Source: Bdellovibrionota bacterium | GTDB lineage: Bacteria; Bdellovibrionota_C; UBA2361 | DNA: 58,252 nucleotides | Direction of reading: 5' to 3' | NCBI GenBank assembly: GCA_044352465.1 | Contig: JBILDU010000006.1 | Location: 1 to 58,252 of the forward strand | Part shown: positions 49,639 to 58,252 of the stretch, piece after piece | Layout: every line of letters begins with the position of its first letter | Numbering within the stretch: the first letter of the stretch is position 1 | Translations under genes and position numbers: made by a program | Notes under the pieces: model-generated | What the model was told of the DNA's origin: nothing | What the model saw: the letters and a program-made list of their open reading frames with translations, nothing else | Databases searched by the model: none

Positions 49639-52600
49639 CTACACCGGTTGTCGTTGAAGTCGCTGCGCATCCTCGGGTCGGGCATACACCCAGTTATGTG
49701 CTCCCTGCATCGGCCCAACATACTTTTGGGCCGGGTCGATTACCCAAACGGTGCCATCGCTCAGGGTGACGCGGGCCCACGAGTGTCCCCCAGCCCGAAT
49801 GTGGTTGCGTTCATGGGAAATCCGCACGTTCGGACCCAAAACTCCCTCGCGTTGTAACTTCTCTACCAAGTAACCCGCATACATCGCTTGATGCTCGCAC
49901 ACACCGATTTTCCGGGAGATATACTCTAGAATATCTACCTTTGGCATATTCCCCGGGCCATAATTGATACCGGCGATGCCTAATTCGCGCATCACGATAT
50001 TATCGCACTCCCTCTCGTACCGCATCTCTCCATACACGTGTTCAAAGACCGTTTTCATCAGCTCCTGTTCACGCTCGACACCGGCATACTTACTCGCCAC
50101 ACGCTGCAGTTTGCTCTGATAGACCTCGGAATAGATTCGCCCCAGCTTGGGATACTTCACATCATCGATAACGATACCGAGGAACGGCACCGACGTAATA
50201 GCTTGGAAGCGTGGATTGACACTCTGATTGTACGGTGTATCCCGCCCCAAGAGCGGGCGTTCACCAAATTGGCCATGCTGGCCAGCGCGATCGAAATGGG
50301 CACCACCGCGGAGATGATCCTGCGCCAAGATGGTATATCCTCGATCCTGGTCATCAGCCATCTTGTTCAGGCGCCGCAGCTCCCCAAGCTGCTCCAACAG
50401 CTCCCGGGCTTGAGCTTTATTCCGTAACGCGTCCAAGGTGACAACAAGGCGACCGTTTTGGTCCACTGGAAAGGCACGGATCGGGACTTCAACTCCATCG
50501 GGTTGCATGAACTCACCGATCTCACGGACCACCTTAATCGAGCGAATCTCAGCCCTGAACTTCGGGTCGAGTTGCGCCAACAAGGCATCGAGCTGTTTTG
50601 CAGCAAGGCCTGAGGAGATCAAGCCATCAATCGTTATGCCGGTGCCGTCGGGCGCGGTAAAGGTGCGGGCGACGGCTCCAACCTCAGCGGAGCTTCCAAA
50701 CTGAGAGGAGAGCGGGTTACCAACGCACCGCCATTGCTGTCCGAGATCTCTCCCATAAAAGGGGCGGTCAGGGCGTGGCAAGCTGAACTCGTAGCTCTGA
50801 TTTAGTCGTACTGGGGTACCGGGCGGGACTACCATCTCGCCCCTCACCGGGCGCCATTTGCCATTGAGCTTGACCTCCGTACCGGTGGCCGAGGGGCGAC
50901 CATCGAAGATGGCTATCCTGCCGTTGGCTTGCCGCTCCGCGATAAGGTGGTGACAACTCACGCACGGTGAGTCAACAACGATGTCACACCTGGGGTCGCG
51001 CCCAATAGTGATCCGTTGCCCCGAGTACAATTTAGCGACTACGGCGGCGTCGGCTGGGCTCAGTCCGTATTCCGGCGTGGGGAGACGGACGAACGGCCCC
51101 CGGATGCCGAGCCTGATAGTATCAGCAGGGCTCACCTCGATCGGGGTGTACTTGGGGATCAACCGGCCATTCACCTCCACACCATTCATCGACGCGCGCT
51201 CACCGTCGAACAGACGATAATTGCCGTTCGCATCGACGCCGATCTCCAGGTGGTGACGGGCGATCATGCCGTCATCACCACCAACTCTAATCTGGCCGGC
51301 TCGGCCAAGGACGACGGGGCGAGCATCAGGGAAAAGCTCACTGAGGTGATTGACTTTTTCTTGAAGATCGCTCAGGGGCATTTGCCCCGGGAGCCGCGTT
51401 GCTGGCTCGGACCGCGCTGCCACTGCGCCGATGCCATCGGCGATATAACCGAGCGCCGCCGTGCCCCCGCGAATTCCGATCCCGGTCACCGCCCCGACCA
51501 GTCCCTGAATCGTGGCGGCAGTGCCGATCTTCTCAAGGCCAGCGCCGATCCCCTCGCGCCAGGTTTCGCGATCCAAGGCAGTTTGCACCATGCCACCAGC
51601 GGCACCGCCGAGACCGGCATCGACTGAGGCCTCAACCGCACCAGCGGCAACACGACCAACGACACCAGCACGCAGTACCCCCGCCGCGCGCGTTGCCACA
51701 CCAGCACCAACTAGGTTCATCATGCCATCAACGGCACCGCTCGCGAAATCAACGCCGATGCCGTCGATCTCATAGTCGGCACCGGTCACCGCCGCTTTAC
51801 CAGCCACATAACCAGCGCCGCCAGCGGCGGCAGCCGCGCCGACGATGACAACGGTAGCTGCGCCAGCAGTGGCTACCACAGCGGCGGCGGCAGCAGCGGT
51901 TGCACCAACCGTAGCTGCAGTCTCAGCCACTGAATCTTTGGCGCTGCGCACGTCACCGAGGTGAGAACCGACCCAGCCCTGTAATTCACTAAGACGGGCG
52001 AGATCGGCTGGTGCGAGGACACCGGGGCGTTGTTTCAGCTCGGTCAGGAGCTCCCGGAGTTTCGCCGCGGACTCATCGAGCCGCTCATCTTTTTCGGTGA
52101 AGCCATCCAAAAGGATATTCCCGAGACTGAAGCCATCCCGATCGCGGCTCACCATGGCAAGGGTGCGCTCGGCGAGCGCGATCGCGCGGGCGGAGGGATC
52201 GTCAGGTAGCCCGTTCAGGTACAGCCGCGCGTCGGCCGCGATGTCACCGGAGAGATCCCCAGCTAGCGCATCGGGCAATGATTCACCGTACCTTTCCGCA
52301 TAGGCAGCATGAACCGCTTGGGCCTCGGCGGTGGAGAGATCCCCTAGCCGCCGAAGGAGCGATTCGATCTCATTACCGGTACCAAGTCCATCGATGGCGT
52401 CATGAAACTGTTGCGCCAGGGTTAACTCGCCATGGTTGATGAGGGTCGCAACTTTGTCTAGATCGTGGCCGGAAAAGTGGTGCTGGAGATCTCCGCTCAG
52501 CGGCCGCCCGTGCGCACGCTCATAGGCTGCGAGCAGCGCTTCACGCTCGGCCGCTGTCTTACCCTGGAATTCACGCTGGACGCCCGAGCGATCCTCGGCT

Positions 52601-53469
52601 ACTACCGCGGCGTTGAGCCGAATGGCGGCGGCGTCAGTGACCGCGCCAACTTCCAGTGCCATGACTTCGGCGAGTTCGTGCCCGGAGTAGTCACCTTTCA
52701 GGTCGTCCTGAAGACTCTCGCCATAGCTTTGCTGATAACGCGCGCGTAGTTCGGAGAGCTGCGATTCTGAGAGTCCCGTGAGGGCCTCGCGTACCGCGGC
52801 TTCGTCGGTGCCGAGACCCGCTATGGCGTGGTGAACGCGCGCGGCAGTGGCACCAACACGGTCCCCCTCAAGTAAACGGAGCGCTTCGTTCAACTCATCG
52901 CCGGAGAGATCATCAACGAGGGTCTCGCGCAGTGTCTCGCCGTAGCGCGCCTGATAGCGCTCGGCAATCTCGTACAGCTCAGCGGGGGTATGGGATGAGA
53001 GTATCTGGCGAATCGCAGCCTCATCGGTGCCCATTCCTTCCATGACCGCTCGCAACGCGTCGGCTTCAGCCGCAAGCTTATCGCCCTGTAGGAGTGATTC
53101 AGCGCGCGCGCGCTCGGCACCAGATAGATCTCCCCGTACATGCTCGTCGAGATTGCAGCCGTAGTGACGTTCATAAATCCCGCGTAGCGCCTGCATCTGC
53201 TCGGGGGAAAGACCGGCCAGCGCCTTGAAGAGCCGCTCCTCGTCGGTACCCCAGCCAAGTAGCCCGTCTTCGATGGCTCTGTGGATCTCTTGAGCGCGCT
53301 CATCGAGGTTGATCGATGCCGCTGGTGCTGTCGTTTGCGCTTGCGCCCGCCGTGCGTCGTCGAGTTCCGTGGACGGTAGTATATTGGATGGTAACGAGGC
53401 AGCCTCTAATGCAGGAGCAGTAGTCGTCGCCGTAGCGGCATTTGTGTTCGCGACCACGTGAGGGCTCAT
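49639..53469 (-). CDS. Annexin-repeat / hydrophobic / 2xFHA / transglutaminase-like protein
   Basis: GWGTDEE, GMGTDE, GLGTDE, GLGT annexin motifs; LGR..IARHH..SMNG and IGRD..VSCHH FHA; GVCEHQA, GHSW, IDP triad. Confidence 0.85.
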   Translation of the reverse strand: MSPHVVANTNAATATTTAPALEAASLPSNILPSTELDDARRAQAQTTAPAASINLDERAQEIHRAIEDGLLGWGTDEERLFKALAGLSPEQMQALRGIYERHYGCNLDEHVRGDLSGAERARAESLLQGDKLAAEADALRAVMEGMGTDEAAIRQILSSHTPAELYEIAERYQARYGETLRETLVDDLSGDELNEALRLLEGDRVGATAARVHHAIAGLGTDEAAVREALTGLSESQLSELRARYQQSYGESLQDDLKGDYSGHELAEVMALEVGAVTDAAAIRLNAAVVAEDRSGVQREFQGKTAAEREALLAAYERAHGRPLSGDLQHHFSGHDLDKVATLINHGELTLAQQFHDAIDGLGTGNEIESLLRRLGDLSTAEAQAVHAAYAERYGESLPDALAGDLSGDIAADARLYLNGLPDDPSARAIALAERTLAMVSRDRDGFSLGNILLDGFTEKDERLDESAAKLRELLTELKQRPGVLAPADLARLSELQGWVGSHLGDVRSAKDSVAETAATVGATAAAAAAVVATAGAATVVIVGAAAAAGGAGYVAGKAAVTGADYEIDGIGVDFASGAVDGMMNLVGAGVATRAAGVLRAGVVGRVAAGAVEASVDAGLGGAAGGMVQTALDRETWREGIGAGLEKIGTAATIQGLVGAVTGIGIRGGTAALGYIADGIGAVAARSEPATRLPGQMPLSDLQEKVNHLSELFPDARPVVLGRAGQIRVGGDDGMIARHHLEIGVDANGNYRLFDGERASMNGVEVNGRLIPKYTPIEVSPADTIRLGIRGPFVRLPTPEYGLSPADAAVVAKLYSGQRITIGRDPRCDIVVDSPCVSCHHLIAERQANGRIAIFDGRPSATGTEVKLNGKWRPVRGEMVVPPGTPVRLNQSYEFSLPRPDRPFYGRDLGQQWRCVGNPLSSQFGSSAEVGAVARTFTAPDGTGITIDGLISSGLAAKQLDALLAQLDPKFRAEIRSIKVVREIGEFMQPDGVEVPIRAFPVDQNGRLVVTLDALRNKAQARELLEQLGELRRLNKMADDQDRGYTILAQDHLRGGAHFDRAGQHGQFGERPLLGRDTPYNQSVNPRFQAITSVPFLGIVIDDVKYPKLGRIYSEVYQSKLQRVASKYAGVEREQELMKTVFEHVYGEMRYERECDNIVMRELGIAGINYGPGNMPKVDILEYISRKIGVCEHQAMYAGYLVEKLQREGVLGPNVRISHERNHIRAGGHSWARVTLSDGTVWVIDPAQKYVGPMQGAHNWVYARPEDAQRLQRQPV

Positions 53470-53759
53470 GTGCCGCTCGCACCCACCAAAAAACCAAGTC
53501 CAAGGTTCCCCGTGAGCACCACACAGAGCGCGCTAAGCCACGGCATATCGATTAAGTATTGAAGCTCCGTAGGGATTGGAGATGGGGTTACTTCACCCTT
53601 TAAGAGGCCATCTAGTTTTTGAAGCATCCGCTCGGCGCCTTCCACCGAGATGTCGGGGATACCGCTTCTAAGCGCCGAAAGCGCTGCGTTCCTGGGTCCA
53701 AGCGCCGATAATTTCTCGACCGTCTGTTGAAGCGTCGCTCGTGGCCCAATCTCCTGCAT
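53466..53759 (-). CDS. Cassette-type N-terminal domain without HEAT repeats
   Basis: MQE...ALRSGIPDISVEGAERMLQKL resembles the N-terminus of 44420..45589; stop overlaps the annexin start (ATGA). Confidence 0.6.
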   Translation of the reverse strand: MQEIGPRATLQQTVEKLSALGPRNAALSALRSGIPDISVEGAERMLQKLDGLLKGEVTPSPIPTELQYLIDMPWLSALCVVLTGNLGLGFLVGASGT

Positions 53760-54226
53760 ACCTACATTTCCAGAAATGCCATCGCTAAAAGTTCGGAGAC
53801 GACCTCGGCTCTCTTCTCTTCACTTACTTCCGGGTCAGCGAGGAATAGATCAAGCCTCCACTCAATCTCATCAAAACGTTCCTGACTCGCTTTTTTCACC
53901 AGGGGCTTTGGCCGAAGTAACAAAAGATATTTTAGGTGTTATGAGGTCTTAGTCAGCGAAAGTAGTCCCCACCTTTGCCCCATAAATCGAGGGGGCCGCG
54001 TTTTGAGGCAGCGATAGAGAGTTAAAGGAGCTTTTAAGAAATAGTGGTGTGTGGACGAAGGTGTAGGAAGAGGAGGCCCCCATCGCTCGTATCAAGACGA
54101 CGGGGGCCGAACTCCTCGGGTGAACGGATTAAAAGCGGATGTTTTCCGAGTTCTTGAGGCGCAGCAACTCGGTTTCAGCGCCGAGGCCTCTCTAAGGGCT
54201 AAAAGACTCCCAGTTCCTTAAGCGCC
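53726..54226. repeat. ~500-bp dispersed repeat, copy of 1..498
   Basis: Direct nucleotide match; includes the last codons of a HEAT gene (AALKELGVF*). Confidence 0.95.
53762..53899 (-). CDS. 45-aa acidic cassette leader protein
   Basis: (V)KKASQERFDEIEWRLDLFLADPEVSEEKRAEVVSELLAMAFLEM; hand translation. Confidence 0.7.
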   Translation of the reverse strand: MKKASQERFDEIEWRLDLFLADPEVSEEKRAEVVSELLAMAFLEM

Positions 54227-54234
54227 GCTCCACC

Positions 54235-54850
54235 TTACCGCGGTGGCAACCCGTACCAAGCGACTCTTCCAAGCCCCTGACGTACCAGAAACCTCCGCTT
54301 GACCAGCTCCGCAAGCCGCGTCTTCACCATCGGTCGCTTTGCGCCTGTCAGCTTCTCCGCCGCGCCCGTGGTGATGCGTCCGGTGCGTCGCGCTTCCTCC
54401 AAAATCTTCAGCGCATCTGGGTGCAGACCTTCCGCCCCCGGCTCGCGCGCCACCTTTTCCGCCAGCCTATCCTTCTGCTTCTTTAATGAGCGCACAAAGA
54501 AGATTAGCCACGGCTCGAAATCCGGTTCGTCGTGCGTCAGCGTCCCTTGCGTCCACCGTAGGCCCAGATAAGAGCCCTCCTCGTTGGCCTCGATGACGCT
54601 CTCCAGCGAGCGATACGGCACGTAGGAATATCCCGCCTGGAGCAGCAGCAGCGTGGTGAGAACCCGAGACAACGGCCCGTTAGCATCCTGGAATGAATCT
54701 CCAGGAACACGACAACGAACAGCCCGATGACAATGAGCGCATGCCACGCGCGAGCCGACAGCGCCTCGCGTGTCCATGCGACCAGCTCTTGCATCCGAAA
54801 GGGCGTATCGAAGGGTGAAGCGGTTTGAAACACTACGCCGACATCATCCC
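54235..54850 (-). pseudogene. Fic-family gene remnant (5' truncated, frameshifted)
   Basis: VFLEIH / FQDANGPLSR in different frames; C-terminal wHTH; homologous to the gene at 57462. Confidence 0.85.
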
Positions 54851-55672
54851 CGGGTCAGCTTTACAGCGGTCGATTGGATTAATACGGTGAAGTGGGTTCA
54901 TCGGTACGGTGGCCGGTCGGCGTGTAGCCTGACGCTCTCGACGCTCGAATCGTGGGAGGACCGGCTCATCCACCTTCATAAGGTGAGGTCGCTCCAGGAT
55001 GGGAACGCCGGATTCGCCACATTTGCTTTTCGCTTTGCGACAGCAAGAAGTCGTACGCTCGATGCCGAGACGAAGCTTCGCGGAATCCTGCTCGGACGTC
55101 TTTTTATGGGCAATGTGCCGATTGTGCGCGCTGCTGATCGCGAGATCGGAGCGATCAGAGGATTGTTGGGATTATCGCTCGGCGCCACCGACCTTGAAGT
55201 CGATCTAAAGACCCCGGAGATCGAAGCGCTTCCGGCACGATTGCGGACGATCGCAGCGCTCGAAGGGGTTGGGCTTCGATTCGCCACTGAGTCGGTGGAA
55301 TTACGTATGCCTCCGGCGCCGATACATTAATGGGTTCGGGAATAACTATTCGCCGCGAGTTTCTTCAATCTTCTCGGGCTGTCGAAATGTTTCGGCAAGG
55401 CGAAGCCTTCGTGGCAGACGGGTGGGCAACGGGCCGATCGCCCGTCGACCGTTTTCCGGTAAATAGGTAGTGTTGTCACGCCGATTCGCTCCGGGAATCG
55501 ACACCTGAGGGGTATGGGAGATGATTGCGTCCCCCGAAGTGCTGAATAGTTACGCCCGGGATAATACTACCGGTGTTGCGCGTGGGTTTGTGTCGGCTCA
55601 AAGCTTCGCGCGCGAATAGTGCACAGAGAGTAGGGAGAGTGACGGGGGCTTGGAGAGGCGAGCCCGAATGCG

Positions 55673-56464
55673 TCACGACGGTTCGGGGTAGCCGCTTCGG
55701 CGCATCCCGGCGGCGAGAGCCTCCAGAATCTCAGACCGAACGTTAAACAACGGATGGGTTGCGTCGGCTGACGAAAAGCTCGTGACGAGGAAGTTTAAGA
55801 CCGGCCCGTACTTGAGTCGAAAGTTAGATCGCTTCTCCTCCGTCGGCAGTTCGTCGAGTCGAAGGGCGTTATGCATGAGGTCAGCTATCTTGATGATGCC
55901 CGCCCGTGGGTTGTGTTGGAGCAGCTCCATAACGTGCTCCGCATAGAGCGCGTTACGCCGGGCGCGGCGCATCGACGGGTCGGTGATCCCCTCGGCGTCG
56001 ATCAGTGCGTAGAAGTCCGGGTTGGTGAGGGCGCTCACGAGCTCAGTTGCGTCGTCTCCGAAGAGCTGTCGCAGTGCCCGAGTTGCTGGCTCAACGATAT
56101 GTTGGTCGGTGTGAAATGGGGGTACGAGACTGGCGAGGAGTCCCGGCTGATCCTCGAGTGTATCGTGTAGTAATGCGGCGACGATGACCGCGGTGTCTTT
56201 GACTTTGAAGTCCCGGACTACGCGAGTCGCCACTTCGAGAGGATGATTAACGTAGGCGTCCGCTCCGAACTCAAGTCGGTCCTCTTGGGGAAAATGCAGG
56301 CGCCGCGACCACCCGACAGCAGACTCGATCGTTCGGCGCGCCGTCTCCTCCGGGTTCATGTCGCGAACCGCTGTTAGGAATATCTCGGTGAGTCCCTCGG
56401 TCCGGTCGAAGGCGCCCTTAAATGAGAACGTTAATAGCGCGCTTCGGGTGTCTACGTGCTTCAT
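55673..56464 (-). CDS. HD-domain small alarmone hydrolase-like protein (SpoT/Mesh1 type)
   Basis: YVNHPLEVA, AALLHDTLED, IKIADLMHN. Confidence 0.8.
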   Translation of the reverse strand: MKHVDTRSALLTFSFKGAFDRTEGLTEIFLTAVRDMNPEETARRTIESAVGWSRRLHFPQEDRLEFGADAYVNHPLEVATRVVRDFKVKDTAVIVAALLHDTLEDQPGLLASLVPPFHTDQHIVEPATRALRQLFGDDATELVSALTNPDFYALIDAEGITDPSMRRARRNALYAEHVMELLQHNPRAGIIKIADLMHNALRLDELPTEEKRSNFRLKYGPVLNFLVTSFSSADATHPLFNVRSEILEALAAGMRRSGYPEPS

Positions 56465-56879
56465 GGAGGGGGACCGATGTTGTTACGGGCAGTGTATCCC
56501 GCTCTCCCCACTTAATCAAACCGAGGCCCCGCGCTGGGCAAAGACCGGTGCCTCGACGTTTCCTCCCTATCCCCTTTTAGCTTTTTACGATTCAACCCCT
56601 CAGTATCAGAACGGAATCAGGTTGACCGGAGTAAGATTTAATTGGCGAGCCCCACCTCATCACCGACACTACCAAAGACGAACGCGCCCATGAATTCGAT
56701 GCCATGGAGTTTCTCGCAGTCCTGTCGTGTCATATCCCCAAGCCATACGAATCCATAACGCGGTACGACGGGTGGCTTTGGCCGTGAGCTCAGTCGAACG
56801 GTACTCGTGCAGAGCTCGCGGCGAGAGGAAAAGGCGCAAACCGATTCTAGACTCCCCTCCCCTTGAGGTCGGAGGGCGA

Positions 56880-57275
56880 CCATCGCTCACCTGGGCGCAG
56901 TGCTTTAAGCGCGTCTACGAAATCAATCCGCTCGAGTGTCCAAAGTGTAGGGGCGAGATGCGCATCATCGCATTCGTCACCGATCAGCAAGAGGTCTCAA
57001 AAATAGCTACCTCACTCGGTGTCCCGCACTCAACGGCACCGCCCCCTCTACCAAGAGCTCTACAACCGGAGCTATGCGATGAAATTCCACCTGACGACTT
57101 CATCGAAGCGGTGTCGTTACCTGTCTTGCATCCGCAGCTAGCCGTAGACGCCAAAAACCACCCCTTCCCCGACCACGGTCGATCCCTCGATGCCCATTCG
57201 TCCTCAAAAATAAGCCTTTACTCCGCTTCGTTACTCAATCAGGAATTATCTCCAGCCCGCAAACTACCTATACTT
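56880..57275 (+). mobile_element. IS91/ISCR-like transposase 3' remnant with candidate oriIS
   Basis: WAQCFKRVYEINPLECPKCRGEMRIIAF; AAACTACCTATAC at 57261-57273. Confidence 0.75.
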
Positions 57276-57387
57276 CAACCTCGATACACTAAATTTCTAG
57301 GACGTCAGCCTACGTCACTGATACCATTAAAGATGATTGATTTTGCTAGTCTCACGGTATGTCATAAACTTCGGTTCAAGCATTGAA

Positions 57388-57450
57388 AATCGGGTGTAAT
57401 CGGGTGTAAACACGGGCATGGAATCGGATATAATCGGATAATAATACGGG
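57388..57450. promoter_or_regulatory. 10-bp tandem repeats (AATCGGGTGT x2, AATCGGATAW x2) upstream of fic
   Basis: Directly visible repeats just before ATG 57462. Confidence 0.6.
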
Positions 57451-57461
57451 TAGCCGCTCCC

Positions 57462-58252
57462 ATGCTAAAAACAGACTCCATTCAGATCACCCCCGACTTG
57501 CTAGCCTTGTTGTCGGAGATTGACGAGTTCAAGGGCGCTTGGCGCGCCCTCGGTACACTTGCGCCCGAGCGGCTGAGTGCGCTCCGTCGCGTAGCGACGA
57601 TAGAGAGCATCGGGTCGTCCACCCGCATCGAGGGCAGCAAGTTGAGCGACCGGGAAGTCGAGCAATTACTTGCTCGTCTGGAAGTGCGGAAGTTCGAGAC
57701 CCGCGATGAGCAGGAGGTCGGCGGCTATGCTGGTGTCATGGAAACGGTCTTCAACGCTTGGAGTGATATCCCAATTACGGAGAACCACATCCGCCAACTC
57801 CACCGAGATCTGCTGTTCTACAGCGAGAAAGATGAGCGGCACCGGGGCGAATACAAGAAACTGCGCAACGACGTGGCTGCGTTCGACGCCGATGGCAACA
57901 TAGTCGGAATTGTATTCGAGACGGCCACACCATTCGATACACCCCGCCGAATGAACGAGTTGGTCTCCTGGTTAGCTGGGGCCCGCGATTTAAAGCGGCT
58001 TCACCCGCTGCTGGTTGTCGCTGTCTTTACGGTCGTATTCCTTGAAATTCACCCCTTTCAAGATGGAAATGGTCGCTTAAGCCGCGTGCTGACCACATTG
58101 CTACTTTTACAGGCTGGCTATACCTATGTGCCCTACTGTTCGTTAGAGAGCGTGATCGAGCACAGCAAGGAAGGCTATTACCTAGCCCTACGCCAGACGC
58201 AGAAGACGATCCATAGCGACAAGCCAGATTGGCAACCCTGGCTTATCTTTTT
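57462..58252 (+). CDS. Fic-family protein, runs off the window end
   Basis: MLKTDSIQIT..ATIESIGSSTRIEG; intact HPFQDGNGRLSR motif; absent from the ORF track because it has no stop in the window. Confidence 0.92.
   Translation, partial: MLKTDSIQITPDLLALLSEIDEFKGAWRALGTLAPERLSALRRVATIESIGSSTRIEGSKLSDREVEQLLARLEVRKFETRDEQEVGGYAGVMETVFNAWSDIPITENHIRQLHRDLLFYSEKDERHRGEYKKLRNDVAAFDADGNIVGIVFETATPFDTPRRMNELVSWLAGARDLKRLHPLLVVAVFTVVFLEIHPFQDGNGRLSRVLTTLLLLQAGYTYVPYCSLESVIEHSKEGYYLALRQTQKTIHSDKPDWQPWLIF

Noticed and set aside
54770..55330. 186-aa ORF with a faint XRE-like tail (IRGLLGLS..AALEGVGLRF)
   Set aside because: Overlaps the fic remnant, the HTH core is incomplete and there is no clear start; at most a decayed fragment
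56727..57386. 219-aa ORF as an intact gene
   Set aside because: Only the central part resembles an IS91 transposase C-terminus; the catalytic region is missing

Overview
Bacterial genomic window. Gene content (FG-GAP flagellin, fliL, gspK, HDOD, STAS, myxobacterial-type Cys repeat) suggests a Bdellovibrionota/deltaproteobacteria-like organism; this is inference only. It has three parts. (1) 1-15.5 kb is an accessory region with higBA and a ~12 kb island built on an unrecognised ~170-aa domain (GxFxW...GSxAAxLDYAxxKxPxWxxDxFGxD...RxNxExK). The domain occurs in five full copies plus a 21-nt stub. It is either stand-alone or fused to wHTH/TrmB-like or GNAT-like domains, and is interleaved with five SAM-dependent methyltransferases (two Tgs1-like, two class I, one SET) and an NCS1 permease. 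The island ends at a RAYT transposase. This is the best candidate for an undescribed system. (2) 15.8-41.7 kb is mostly housekeeping and signalling: a CBS protein, a voltage-gated channel with a TLEGWVD (CavMr-type) filter, a histidine kinase, a flagellin carrying 7 FG-GAP repeats, zupT, tRNA-Pro(CGG), fliL, rsmE, corA, an MFS transporter, gspK, rpmB and a partner-switching module. (3) 41.7-58.2 kb is a plastic region with IS remnants (ISNCY-like, IS3, IS91), a His-rich 42-aa-repeat lipoprotein, a nucleotidyltransferase/HTH pair, a 1276-aa annexin-FHA-transglutaminase-like effector, Fic genes and a small alarmone hydrolase. A second repeated system, a cassette of conserved motif + hairpin, a 45-46-aa ORF and a coupled HEAT-repeat-type gene, occurs four times (about 1-600, 44014-44290, 44420-45968, 53466-54226). 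No CRISPR array or rRNA was seen. Family assignments come from motif recognition by eye, with no database search.
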